A stretch of DNA of 64,000 nt from Camelus dromedarius. Lineage: Eukaryota. Position numbers and translations under genes: made by a program. The stretch covers positions 12,090,001 through 12,154,000 of the forward strand of contig NC_087468.1 in the NCBI RefSeq assembly GCF_036321535.1, in the 5' to 3' direction. This document shows, piece by piece, positions 1-11,631 of the stretch (the stretch's first letter is position 1; every line of letters begins with the position of its first letter). The notes under the pieces are model-generated. The model made no database searches and was not told where the DNA came from. It worked only from the letters and a program-made list of their open reading frames with translations.

Positions 1-624
1 GGGCCTGAGTAGCGTGCTGAGGTCTACCCTGCGTTGATGGCAGCGCCAGACAGCGTGTGGCTTACTTTGTACCTGGGGCCATGGTAGGGAAAAGAGATGG
101 TTGGCTTGGCCCCAAATTAGAAATTCACCAACCGGATTACAGAAGAGCAAAGTAGAACAGTGAGGTGACAGCTGCTGGGAAGATGTGACTTAGGGGAGCC
201 CAGGGGATGTGGGAGGGGGCAAGGAACTCTGCAGTCAGGGAGAAAATTCCCCTCCTCCCACTGTGGTTGAACGCCCAGAGTATGATTAGGGATTTCTAAG
301 AAATCATTTATAGGACCCACTTCAGGTCTCATTTGCTAACAAATACAAGGCATCTGTGTGGAGGCCTTTATGTCAGGAATGGCTGTCAAACCTCAAAGGA
401 GGCTTTTACCCAGACTGTGACCTCAACGGTAACCCATTAAAGCTGAGCTCTCAAAACCCCTGGTCTCCTGGTCCTGTGCCCCTGCTGCAGGGTCAGGCAT
501 TTCCCCCAAAGAGCCCTGGTTCCTTCCACTGAAGGGTGGTTTTAGAAACCAAGATTTGGGTGCGTGGTGTTTTTGTTGCTGCTGGAGTGTTGTTACCACT
601 TCTAGGTCTTCTCAGTCGATGGAG

Positions 625-1400
625 GGGGAATTACATGTTTGTATACTAGCCTGTGTCTACACAGTTATCTATAAATGTGTATCCCTCTGTATCTGCATTG
701 AGCTAAACTGGAGTCGTTCTAGACTTCTCCCCTTGCTTGTCTGTAACCTCCTGCTCCAACAGTGAGAAACCTCGCCCCAGCCACCTGCCATCCATTTAAG
801 TGCTCAATTCCAGGATGCATGTCCAGGGGTTCAGAATTAACTCATACCCTCTTGGGAAGTGATTTGGTCATCTAGAGTCCAGGGCTTACATTCAGTTCAT
901 TTTGCTTTTAATCAAGTTACTTAGTTCATTCCTTTTTAATCCCTTACCTCCTGCAGTGAGGTTGTTTCATAGACTTGTGGTATTTAGATTCTTTTGTCAC
1001 AGTCTGTGTTCCCTTCTGGGATCCCCTCAACTTTTAAACAAACTTGCACACAGTAAGTTTCACTCTTCGTGCTCTGAAGTTCTATGGGTTTTGACAAGTG
1101 TTTAGTTTCACGTATCTGTTGTTACAGTTTCATACAGAAGATTTTCACCGCCTCCAAATCATGCCCTGTGCTTCACCTGTTCAGTTCTCTTCCCTCCTCA
1201 AACCCCTGGCAACCACTAACCTGTTTACCAACTCTCTAGTTTTGCTTTATCGAGAATGTCCTGTAAACGGAATCACACGGTGTGTAGCCTGTGCAGACCG
1301 GCCCCTTTCGCTTCGCAGTGTGCATTTAGGGTTCATCCGTGTTCTTGCATAGAAAGATAGCTCATTCCTTTTTATTGCTGAACAGTAAATGTATAGAAAA
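625..1400 (-). mobile_element. Old L1 3' end (L1MC-like)
   Basis: Reverse-strand L1MC 3'UTR motifs: ctccccttgcttgtctgtaacctcc..ccaacagtgagaaacct; aagttctatgggttttgacaa; aaacccctggcaaccact. Confidence 0.75.
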
Positions 1401-3950
1401 TGTCCACAGTCTTTTAAATCGTGCACAGTCGTCCGCTAGAACCAGATCCCGCCTCGTGGGCATTTAAGCTGTTCCCAAAGTGTTGCCTTTAGAGTGCTGC
1501 TTCAAATGCCCTCACTTCCCTGTACGTGACTCTGAGGTCGTGGTGGAGAAATGCCTTGGGTCCCCAACCACAGTGGAGGTAATATTCATTTCCTTCATTT
1601 TGGCGTGACTTCTGCTCCTTCTGTGGTTGAGCACAGATGGCAGCCCTGCATATGCTGGGTGGAAATACCCAGAAGAGGGGCTGTGCCAGCCAGGATGGGG
1701 CAGAGGAGCCGCCCAGGGGTCCCGATGGCTGAGGGCACTCATAGGATGAATAGGAGTTTGAAAAGTGACTGAAGAGAGAAGAGCTTTGAGAGGGACGGGG
1801 CGGGAGAGGGAGTCGAGTGCACTATGTTTAGGAGTCTGGGGATGATTTGATGTGCTGGGTGGGAGTGAGAGGGGTGGAGGGGTTGGAAAGAGGGTCCCGG
1901 GGCAGTGAGGTAGCTCTAGAGTCTTGGCTTCATCACACGGCCACTGGGGGGTCCCACCAGCGTGTTCCACAAGGCTGGGTGGTGTGATCAGCTTTGGGTG
2001 TTCAGCTGGAGAAAGGCAGCCCCTTAAGAAAGTCTTGCTGTGCTTCCTGTGAAGGAAGGTGACACTCTCAAGGAGGTGGCCCGGGGTGAATGGGGAGGGG
2101 CGGTGTCCGGAGCAACTCAGCTGGAGTCACTGGCTGACCCTACAGGGTTAACTGGGCAGGTGGGCTGAGGATGAGCGGAAGTCACATGTTTCCTTTTTCA
2201 TGTGGTTGTAACCTCAGTGTATAGATGCTCAGCCCTTACGTTATGGCTTTTTCATATTACATCCTGAGCTGGAGTATTTTCCCGTGTGTTTGATGCTTGT
2301 GAGATTTTCTTCTTTAGCAGTGATGCCTTTCAGGCCCCACGTTACAGCTTTTCACCTGCTCAAGTCTTCGCACTCCAGCCTCACCCCAGTTTGGAGCGCC
2401 AGTGCCTTGTAGTCTGACTCGCATCGACTTTGGGAGGTGGGTTTGTGTCCTTGGGTCTCCTTGGGTCAAGGTGGCAGTTAGCGTGGGTGCCACCCCTCAC
2501 CGGTAGCCCTGGGGCATGCTGGTCTCCCCTCAGCTGTGTCCTGACTTGATTACTCCTTGGGAAGTTGGGTTTTCTCTTCAGAGGAGGAGAAGGCACCTTG
2601 GAGGACTGTCCTGGAGAAAACTCAGAACGTTTCTTCTGTCACCTGCCGAGGCAGCGATGGGTCAGAGCAGTGCCCGGGAATCATCGAAGGTGATTTTGCT
2701 CCAGTGTCTCTTGCTTTGTATCTTTTCTGCGTCACGGTGACCACACAGTCACACTTCAGTGGGACTCTCCTTGCCTAGTTGTGTCTTTCTGCCCCTCTGC
2801 TGGGTGTGTGTGCAGGATTTCAGTCGCTGCCTCTGCCACATCCCCAGCGATTTAGACAAACTCACTTCTCTCGTGTCGCAGTCTGAAGTTACCCTCTTTA
2901 GCTCATACTGACCTAAAATTTCAGATCATGAAGTGGGACCTTTGTGAGACTTTATTGGGGCAGGGGTGAAAGACTTATTTCCAAGAGCCGTGTCTTCATT
3001 CTTTTATTCCCTCTCTTGAGTCTTTATTTCAAATTTTTGTCCTTTTTATTCACTGTGAATTTGAGTGTAGGTGGAACATAGTTTAACAGCATCTCCCTGC
3101 CAAAGCATTCATGTTTCAGGCTGATGAAGACGACACCTTAAGAGAACAATTGCATTCAGGTATGCAAAAAGTGCGTGGCCCATAGCATTTTGCGATGTAA
3201 TTGTTTTCCACACTTTTCCCTTATTAAACCTTCAAAAAATTACCAGTTAAGGCCAGCTATGTTAAAGCATTCACGTCACACACTAGAGAACAGTGTAAAA
3301 TGAGAGAGAGTGAAAATCCTTTTTCACTGCATCCCCTCCCATCCAGCAATTTGGTATTTAGTCTTCCAGACTTCCTTCCTAATAATCATCTGTACAACCA
3401 TTCAATGTGAGCTAGCCCCTTAACACATATTATACACATCTATGTTGCACCTGCAAAAAAATTTTTTTTTTCTTAAAAATATGTCGTATCACTTTTCACA
3501 ATGGATCCACTCCTCTGTTTTTAACAGCTGTGCTTGTGTTTTATGGAAAACCTCCTCTTAAGGCTGTGCTCTATATACCTGGATGGAACCAGCTTGGTTT
3601 TTTCTTTGCTTTATGTATTTTTAAAAAAACTAGACAGGGGAGAAGATGGGATGGTGAGATGGAGAATAAGTATTTTTTTAAATAATCATTTGACAGAATT
3701 CAACACCCATTCATGATAATAACTGTCAGTAAAACAGGAATAGAAGGAAACATCCTCAGCTTGATGAAGAACATCTACAATCTCCCTATGTTTTATACAT
3801 TATAAATGTAAATATCATGTATATTAACATTATTCATAATGGTGAATGACTACATGCTTTCCCCCTAAAACTGGGACCAAGGCAAGGGTGTCTGCTTTTT
3901 CCACTCTTATTCAGTATGGTGCTGGGACTGCCAGCCAGTGCAATAAGGCA

Positions 3951-3992
3951 AGAAAAGAAAAGAAAAGAAAAGAAACGAAACGAAAAGAAAAG
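3951..3992 (+). repeat. (GAAAA)n pentanucleotide microsatellite
   Basis: agaaaagaaaagaaaagaaaagaaacgaaacgaaaagaaaag, inside the L1. Confidence 0.9.
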
Positions 3993-4513
3993 GCTTATCA
4001 ATCAGAAAAGAAGAAATAAAACTGACTCTATTTGGAGATGATGATTGCCTATGTAGAAAGCTCATGGAACCTACAAAAAAATCTCCTAGAACAAATAGGT
4101 GAATTTAGTACGTAGCAGGATATGAGATAAACATACAAAAATAAATTGTATTTCTGTATATTAACAATGAACATGTGGACACCAAAATAAGTTACAGTTG
4201 CTCAAAAAGAGAGAGAGAGAAATCCTTAGGAGTAAATAAAACAAACAATAAATGTAACAAACATGTATAGGGATTGTATGCTGAAAATTATACAGTGGTA
4301 ATGAAAGAAATAAAAGAAGATCTAAATAAATGGAGGCACATACCATGTTTATGAATTGGATGACTCCACATGCCAATTTCCCCCCCAATTCACTGATACA
4401 CAGGTTTAATGCAATTCCTATAAAAATTCCAACAAAATTTTTTTGTGACTGTACACAAGATTGTTCTACATTTTATATGGAAAAGCAAGGGAAGAAGAAG
4501 AGCTAAAACTTTT

Positions 4514-4756
4514 ATTTTAATTTTTTTAAACTTTTTTTTATTGATTTATAATCATTTTACAATGCGTCAAATTCCAGTGTAGAGCACAATTTCTCAGTTA
4601 TACATGAACATGTGTATATTCATTGTCACATTTTTTTCTCTGTGAGCTACCATAAGATCTTGTAAATATTTCCCTGTGCTATACAGTATAATCTTGTTTA
4701 TCTATTCTACAATTTTGAAATCCCAGTCTATCTCTTCCCACCCCCTGTCCCCTTGG
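4514..4756 (-). mobile_element. Young 5'-truncated camelid-type L1 3' end with 14-bp TSD
   Basis: T-rich tail then ttattgatttataatcattttacaatg...cccttgg. Perfect direct repeat GAGCTAAAACTTTT at 4500-4513 and 4757-4770. Confidence 0.9.
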
Positions 4757-6016
4757 GAGCTAAAACTTTTTTTAGAAAAAGAATAAAATGACTGGAATCA
4801 GTCACAATTTCAAGACTTCTGGAGCAATCAAGTCTAGTGGTTTTGGCAGAGAGATAGACAAATAGATCAATGGAATGGAATGGAATGGAATAGAGTGCCC
4901 AGAAACAGTTCCAAATAAATATGCCCAATGGATTCTTCCCAAACGTGCAAAAGAAGTTCAGTGGAAGAAGGATTGCCTTTTCAACTAATGGGGCAGGAGC
5001 AACTGGACATTTATAGACAAAAGCGAAACCAAAACAAAATGGAACTTCAACCTATGTCTCCCCACACCCGATACAAAAATTAACTCAAAATAGATCGTGG
5101 ATTTAAATGTAATATGCAAATTCATAAAAATTCAGAAAAATAGGGGGTAATCTTTGGGATCTAAGGGTGGACAGAGTTTTTAGAGGAGATACCAAGGCAT
5201 AATCTCTTAATGAAAGAATTGATAAGTTGGACTTCATCAAAACGGGTAACTTTTGTCCATTCATAGTACATTTCTTGAAATGACAAAAGGTGTTTGTAAA
5301 GACCTTGTCACACAGATGAAAAGCTGCAGACTGAGAGAACATATTTGTAAACCACATATCTGACCAAAGACATAGAAATATATAAAGAATTCTCAAAACT
5401 CAGCAGTGAAAAAACCAATCCAAATAGAAAATGAGCAGACATTTCACTGAAGATCTGCATTTGGCCAATTAGCACATGAAAAGACGTTCAACTTCATTAG
5501 CCATTTAGGAAGCTGTAAATTAAAGCCACCATGGCGACCAGGGAAACACCTATCAAAATGGCTCAAATTGAAAAAAAAAAAAGTTATAACACCAAAAGCT
5601 AGTGAGGCTGCAGAGAAACAGTGTCATTCAGGCATTTCTGGTGGGATTGTAAAACAGCCCAACCACTTTGGAAAACAGTTTGGCAGTTTCTTATAAGATT
5701 AAACATGCAGTGACCATACAGCCCAGCAATTGCGCTCCTGGGCATTTGTCCCAGAGAAATGAAAACTTAGGTTCATGTAGATACCTGCACGTGAATGTGC
5801 ACGGCAGCTTTATGTGTAATAGTCCTGAAGTACGGATAGCCCAGATGTCCTTTCACGGATTAGAGTCCATGCTATGGAATAATGCTCAGCAGTGAAAGGG
5901 AATGAACCGCTGGCACGGGCAGCCACCTGGATGAATCTCCAGAGGGTTCTGCCGAATGGAAAGATCTAATCCCCGAAGGTGAACTTAGTTTGGGCTTCCA
6001 TTCATAGTACATTCTT

Positions 6017-6536
6017 TTTTTTTTTTTTTTTTTACTTTTTTTTATTGATTTATGATCATTTTACAATGTTCTGTCAAATTCCAGGGCAGAGCACAATTTT
6101 TCAGTTGTACATGAAAATATATATTCATTGTCACATTTTTTTCTCTGTGAGCTACTATAAGATCTTGTATATATTTCCCTGCACTGTACAGTATAATCTT
6201 GTTTATCTATTCTACATTTTGAAATTCCAGTCTATCCCTTCCCACCCTCCGCCCCCTTGGCAACCACAAGTTTGTATTCTATGTCTATGAGTCTGTTTCT
6301 GTTTTGTATTTATGTTTTTTTTTAGGTTCCACATATGAGCGATCTCATATGGTATTTTTCTTTCTCTTTCTGGCTTACTTCACTTAGAATGACATTCTCC
6401 AGGAGCATCCATGTTGCTGAAAATGGCGTTATGTTGTCGGTTTTTATGGCTGAGTAGTATTCCATTGTATAAATACACCACATCTTCTTTATCCAGTCAT
6501 CTGTTGATGGACATTTAGGCTATTTCCATGTCTTGG
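6017..6536 (-). mobile_element. Young 5'-truncated camelid-type L1 3' end with 14-bp TSD
   Basis: Poly-T tail, same family as 4514-4756. TSD CAT[A/G]GTACATTCTT at 6003-6016 and 6537-6550. Element-strand junction reads CCATTTT/AAGAATG, the L1 endonuclease consensus. Confidence 0.9.
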
Positions 6537-8965
6537 CATGGTACATTCTTAAAATGGCAAAACTACAGGAGTGGAGAACAGGTTGATGGTTGCCAGGGGC
6601 TCAACAGGGATGAGAGTGGGAGGAAAATGGACGTATTTATAAAAAGGGCGACACGAGGGATCCCTTTGGTGACAGGAATGTTCTGCAGCTGGAATGTACT
6701 GAGGTCAGTATGCTCGTGACATTGCACTGCGGTTTTGCAAGATGTCACCATGGGAGGAAACATGGGACTTCTCCCTGTTATTTCTCTATATAACTTCTAA
6801 TACCTGCATGGGAATCTACAATTATCTCCTACTAGAGAGTTTGCTTTAAAAATATATTGTCCCTTTTCAATAGTGGATCTGCTCCAGTCTTTTCACCAAT
6901 GGTGTCATTTTTGATGGAGAGCCTCGTTTCAGCCTGTATCCCACATGCCTGGGGGGAGGGGTTTTTGTTCATTTGTTTAGAGAATTTATTTTTGGTAAAA
7001 ATTAAAGGAGAAAAGAGGTAAAAGCTGGAAGGAAGAAGAATGTTTTTTTTTTTTTTCCTTTGAAACTGGCTCCTTAAAAGTAATTTTGTGTTTTACACAT
7101 TTGTAAACTGACTATACTTCACTTAAAAGAAAAAAAAGTATTTTTATGTTTTACATTAAAAAGAGATTTCCTTCCCTTGGGAGTTTTACTCTTGACTCGG
7201 ATAAGAGTCTGGGGGTCAGAGTGGCTCAGCGAGCCGTGGTGGGGTCTCTAAGCTGCAGTGACAGGCTCGGAACGGCTTTTCATTTTCTTGTGTTTAACAG
7301 GCCAAAATCTACCTTAGCAATGCCCTGCAACACTTCGGTTATTGACCGCATGTAAGGGCGTCACCTACTTTTCCCCTGCAATCTGTGCACATTTCCTTTT
7401 CTTCTCTTCAGCCTCTTCCTCCAACCCTGACTGACTCTGACTTAATACTCAAGCTTTCACTTAAGTGGTGTTTGCCACCGAAAGTTCCAGAGCTTTCCGG
7501 AAGAGGTGTTCTGTGTGATGTAGGCTGCACACCTACATCCCCATCTGTCATCAGACCGATTTCTTTTACATGGAAGTTAGTTTTCTAGGAGAAGAGGGTG
7601 GGGTTTATTCATATTATCAAATACCCAAGCATTCATATCAAGAGAAGCAAAGAAACCAAAACCCACCGTTATTTTGTTGGAAACCTAAAACCTAAAAAAA
7701 AATACAGTCACTGACAAGCTGTAAGCGTCAGAGGAGCTACCTGGTGGTTCGTGAAGCTGTTTGGCAGCCCTGTTTATCCAGCTCTGGGTACCAGGCACAC
7801 CAAGATGAGTAACCAGGCTCTGATGGACTCCCATGTGCTCAGGGTGCTGTGACCCAGGTGGACAGACCATGGCCACTTAATGACAGTGACAAGGATGACG
7901 GCTGGCATCCTGGAGTCCTCACCATTACCAGGCCCTGAGAGCTCTCCCCGCCCACCCCAGGCTCCTGGGGAGGGGCTGCAGTTACTGTTGGCTCTCTGCA
8001 GAGGGTGCTACTGAGGTTGAGTGTGGGAGGAGAAGGGGGGCACGGTGGTCCCTCGACCCACAGCTCATGGGCTAGGTCCCTGGAAAATGCCTGGCAGAAG
8101 GGGCCCAGGTGCTGTTGCTGGGGGGGCAGCAACTCAAGACTCACAGATGTTTTTAATTTTGGGACAAAGCAAGTCCTTGTGAAAACCCATCTCCAAGCTT
8201 TCCAAGATGGCTGTTTTAACTTTTAGTCCGAAAGGATGGTGCCTGGCTCAGGTTCCTGGGGACAGCGGGGAGGAGCAGTGTAATCGGTCTTACCTTCTCA
8301 GTCATTTGAGGCTTTAGAGATTTAAAAACAACTTGTTTTCTCAGGTCGGTTAAACGATCACCGCCTACGTTTCAGGGTTCGTTCAATGTTAATTTCCAGT
8401 GATTTAGCAACTTGTCTTTTGCAGCGGGTTTTGAAGGTTTCAGATCTGAATTAGTAGGTTTCTTACAAAGCTGGAAGGAGCCTGTGCATGATACACGTCC
8501 CCTTCTTTTCCTTAACTTAAGTGTGACTTTTCCTTTAGATTTTTTTAAAATTTAATTTAAAGGGCCCAAGAAAGGCTAACATCATGAAATAAACTGAGTA
8601 ATGACAAATTTGTTGCTGTTTTTCCTCCTCCTGCTTTTCCTGCTGTCTCCTCCCTCTTTTGGTGGAAACGACAGAGAGGAGCACAGTGGGGAGGGCAGGG
8701 CTGCAGCCTGGTGAGCCTTGCCCTTGGCCTTCACGGGGCCGGCCCCGTCCCTGTTTGTGGACAGCGTACCATGGATCTCGGCAGGCTGTGGACACCTCTC
8801 CCTGCTGAGTGGGTGATTGTCTGTGAGCACCGGGAGGCCTCATCTCCCCAGACCTCGCCCTAGGCCTGCCAGCCAGCCTTAGCCCACAGCAATTATCACC
8901 CCTGATGTTGAGTGTAGGACACCAACATGGTGCTAAGTAGTGAAAACAGTTTTAGTATGAACTCT

Positions 8966-8989
8966 ATCATCATCATCATCATCATCATC
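8966..8989 (+). repeat. (ATC)8 microsatellite
   Basis: atcatcatcatcatcatcatcatc. Confidence 0.95.
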
Positions 8990-8994
8990 GTTGT

Positions 8995-9320
8995 CGTAGT
9001 TACTAAGAGGTCATCTGTGCCGAGCCTGTTTCTAAGTTCTTTCCATCCATCATCTCGTCCAGTGTGTCCTAAACTTGACCCCTGGAGGACTGGCTATCTG
9101 CCCTGCACACCCCTGCCCCCCACCACTGGTGTTTCCGATTCAGTGGGTCCAGATCAGAGCCCGAGAATTTGCATTTCTCACACGTTCGCAGAAGATGGTG
9201 GTCCTGCTCCTCCTCGTCCCTGAGGTCTAGGTTAATCTGCCTAAAACCACCCCATGAAATAGGTAACATTATCCCCATTTTACAGTGAGGAAATGGGCAA
9301 GGAAAATTGGGGGACTTGAC
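8995..9320. mobile_element. MIR fragment interrupted by a MER5A-like hAT fragment (~9120-9210)
   Basis: MIR core: aataggtaacattatccccattttacagtgaggaaa. MER5A-like: ttccgattcagtgggtcc...gcccgagaatttgcatttct. Confidence 0.65.
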
Positions 9321-9998
9321 AACAAAACTCATTGCTACTGACCATACGCATCGGTTAGTCCAGCGCAGTTGATTTTTCAGGGGAAGTAGCAAGTGCCTAA
9401 GAAAGCCCTCAGTGGACGTCCAGGGCCAAGGGCGAGTGCGTGGCGGGGTGTGTGGTGGGTTTGAGGGTCAGGCATGAAGGGGCAGGAAGATCTGCAGTGA
9501 CGCCTGGAGAAAGGCCAGCCCTAGAGGGTGCTGTTGGGGGGGAGCTCGGGGGGCTTGGTTACTGGGAGGAGAGAACAGTGCTAGGAGGAGAGCCAGGGCC
9601 GGGGTTAATAGGTTGCACTGGGTGGATCAGTTTCTCCCGGCCCCCATCCTTGGTGCCCACGGGCTGTGGCTGTTTGTGTGGGATTCTGTCCACGCTGTGG
9701 CCCCCTCTTCTCCCCTTGGTGCCCCTTCTTCATGTCTCCCAGAAGAGGGGAGAGAATTGTAAAGAAAAAATGCAAGAGGAAAATAAGCATTCCTCTTCGA
9801 GTTTATTTTGTGATGTTGTAAATCTCTGGACCCTGGAAATTAAAAAATAATAATAAGCTACAGAAAAAGCAGCCCAGAAGGGTAGGAAAGGGAAAGGTGA
9901 CACGCAGAACAGGAAAGCTTTTTCCAAGTTTGTCACACACTCGTTAATTTAGATTTGAAGCTTTGAAAATCCAAAGAGAGGCTTGGCAAGGTGGAAAG

Positions 9999-10250
9999 CG
10001 AGGTTGCAGAGTGGTGGCCTTCTGGCCACATTCCACTGACATGTTTTGTTTGGCTCAGAGAGTATTTGACAAATATTCAAATCAGTGTAAAACGTGGGAG
10101 TTTTCATAACAAAACCCCTGGTTTCTAGCTTTTCTTGAGGAATGGGGAGCGCTGGTGATTGGGGCTGTGTTGGGGCTGTGGCTGGTTGGTGGCCAGCCAT
10201 GTGAAAGGGCCAGGCTTGGGGTCACAGCCCCAGCCAGCACACCGCCCCTG
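9999..10250. mobile_element. MER102-like hAT-Charlie element
   Basis: Terminus gaggttgcagagtggtggcc...gacatgttttgtttggc; internal tttctagcttttcttgaggaat; other end ...ccgcccctg. Confidence 0.65.
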
Positions 10251-11325
10251 GTCTAGAAAGTTCTGGATTCACACTTAGAGAACCATTCCCCATCAGGGTG
10301 ACTTTGAGGCTGGCACTTTCTGGACTTTCCCCCTACCTGCCCCGGCAGCCTTGCGTGTGTGTGACAGCAGGTCGTAAACACGCAGCGCAGTGGGGCTGTG
10401 GGAACCGGATTCCCAGGAACACAGGGACCCTTGGTCCAGCAGGCATCAGGGAAGGGGCCCTGAGTGACAGTCTGTGCACTGGTAAGGGAAGTCCCCTGCT
10501 GCCTTCTAAGGCAGTGCCAACCATTTCTTTCCCTTAAGATTTAAAGAAAAAAATGGATTTTAAAAACACTTTTTCTAAAATTACACGTATTTTACAAGAT
10601 CAGTGCAGTCCACGTGGTCCTTCGTAGGGCGTATCCGGCTGCAGCTGGTGCACTTCTGGGTGTTTTATGGCAAATTATTCTCAGATTACCCTTTAATGCA
10701 GGAAGGTTTGCCAGTTGTCTGAGCTCCCTGGGTCACAGAGAAAACCCTCGGAGTTGATACAAAACAGCTGCCTCTGTCAGCTGTTCCAAAGAAGGAGCAT
10801 TTTTAGGCCAAAGCAGCAGGAAAAAGGTTTTTGTAGCTGGTGGAGATTTTGAAAAAAATGTTAAATTACTCTCTCCTTGCCATTAAAAGGTGATTTCATT
10901 TTGTTCTTAACAAATTGTGTAAATCTAAAAGAAGTTCTCCGGATGGGAGTTTGTTAAGTGCTTTCTGGCAACACTTACAGTATGTCGAGGGGGTGGGGTG
11001 GGGGGAGGGTTCTCCAGGGAGGGCAGTGGCACAAAACTCCGCTGACCTCTGTGTCCCTGGGCCTCCTCTCGGGCTGGGCCGGGGTCAGGGGCCAATGCCC
11101 TGGGCCTCCCTCCTCTCTCTCCCCAGGGTCCCTGCTGAGACCAGCAACAAAAGGGTCAATTGTCTGAGGCCTCCCTTTGTCTCAGAGGCTCCTCCGGGCC
11201 TCTCTGAATGCCCAAGTGTCTCTGTGCACGCGGGGAGGTGCATGCATGCACGGCTGCAGGACTGTGTGTAGGTGTGTATATGGGCATGTCTGCTGGTGCA
11301 GACGAGTATTGTGTAAGCATGCGCA

Positions 11326-11631
11326 TGTGTGCATGCACACAGGAACACACGTTTATTCACAGGTGCACCCGCATTCACATACTGTGCATGCGTACAAGTG
11401 TGTGGATGTGTCTGTGTATGTCTGTGTGCATGCACACAGGAACACACGTTTATTCACAGGCGCACCCGCATTCACATACTGTGCATGCGTACAAGTGTGT
11501 GGATGTGTCTGTGTATGTCTGTGTGCATGCACACAGGAACACACGTTTATTCACAGGCGCACCCGCATTCACATACTGTGCACGCGTACAAGTGTGTGGA
11601 TGTGTCTGTGTATGTCTGTGTGCATGCACAC
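11326..11631 (+). repeat. 97-bp minisatellite, ~3.15 near-identical copies
   Basis: aggaacacacgtttattcacagg recurs at 11341, 11438 and 11535 (period 97). Only isolated C/T differences between copies. Confidence 0.95.

Larger units (their letters stand above)
3670..6840 (+). mobile_element. Degenerate L1 (ORF2 3' half plus L1MC1-like 3'UTR), interrupted by two younger L1 insertions
   Basis: ORF2-like text (catttgacagaattcaacacccattcatgata; aataaatggaggcacataccatg; atatttgtaaaccacatatctga). 3'UTR ggttgccagggg...gttttgcaagatgtcaccatggg...gaatctacaattatctc. Multiple stops and frameshifts. Confidence 0.85.

Noticed and set aside
3670-6840. L1 ORF2/ORF1 fragments here and at 20230, 44200, 53340 and 63330 as active retrotransposons
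   Set aside because: All are truncated and riddled with stops and frameshifts.
11326-11631. CRISPR-like interpretation of the repeated unit
   Set aside because: Units are contiguous with no unique spacers, there are no cas genes and the context is eukaryotic; it is a minisatellite.
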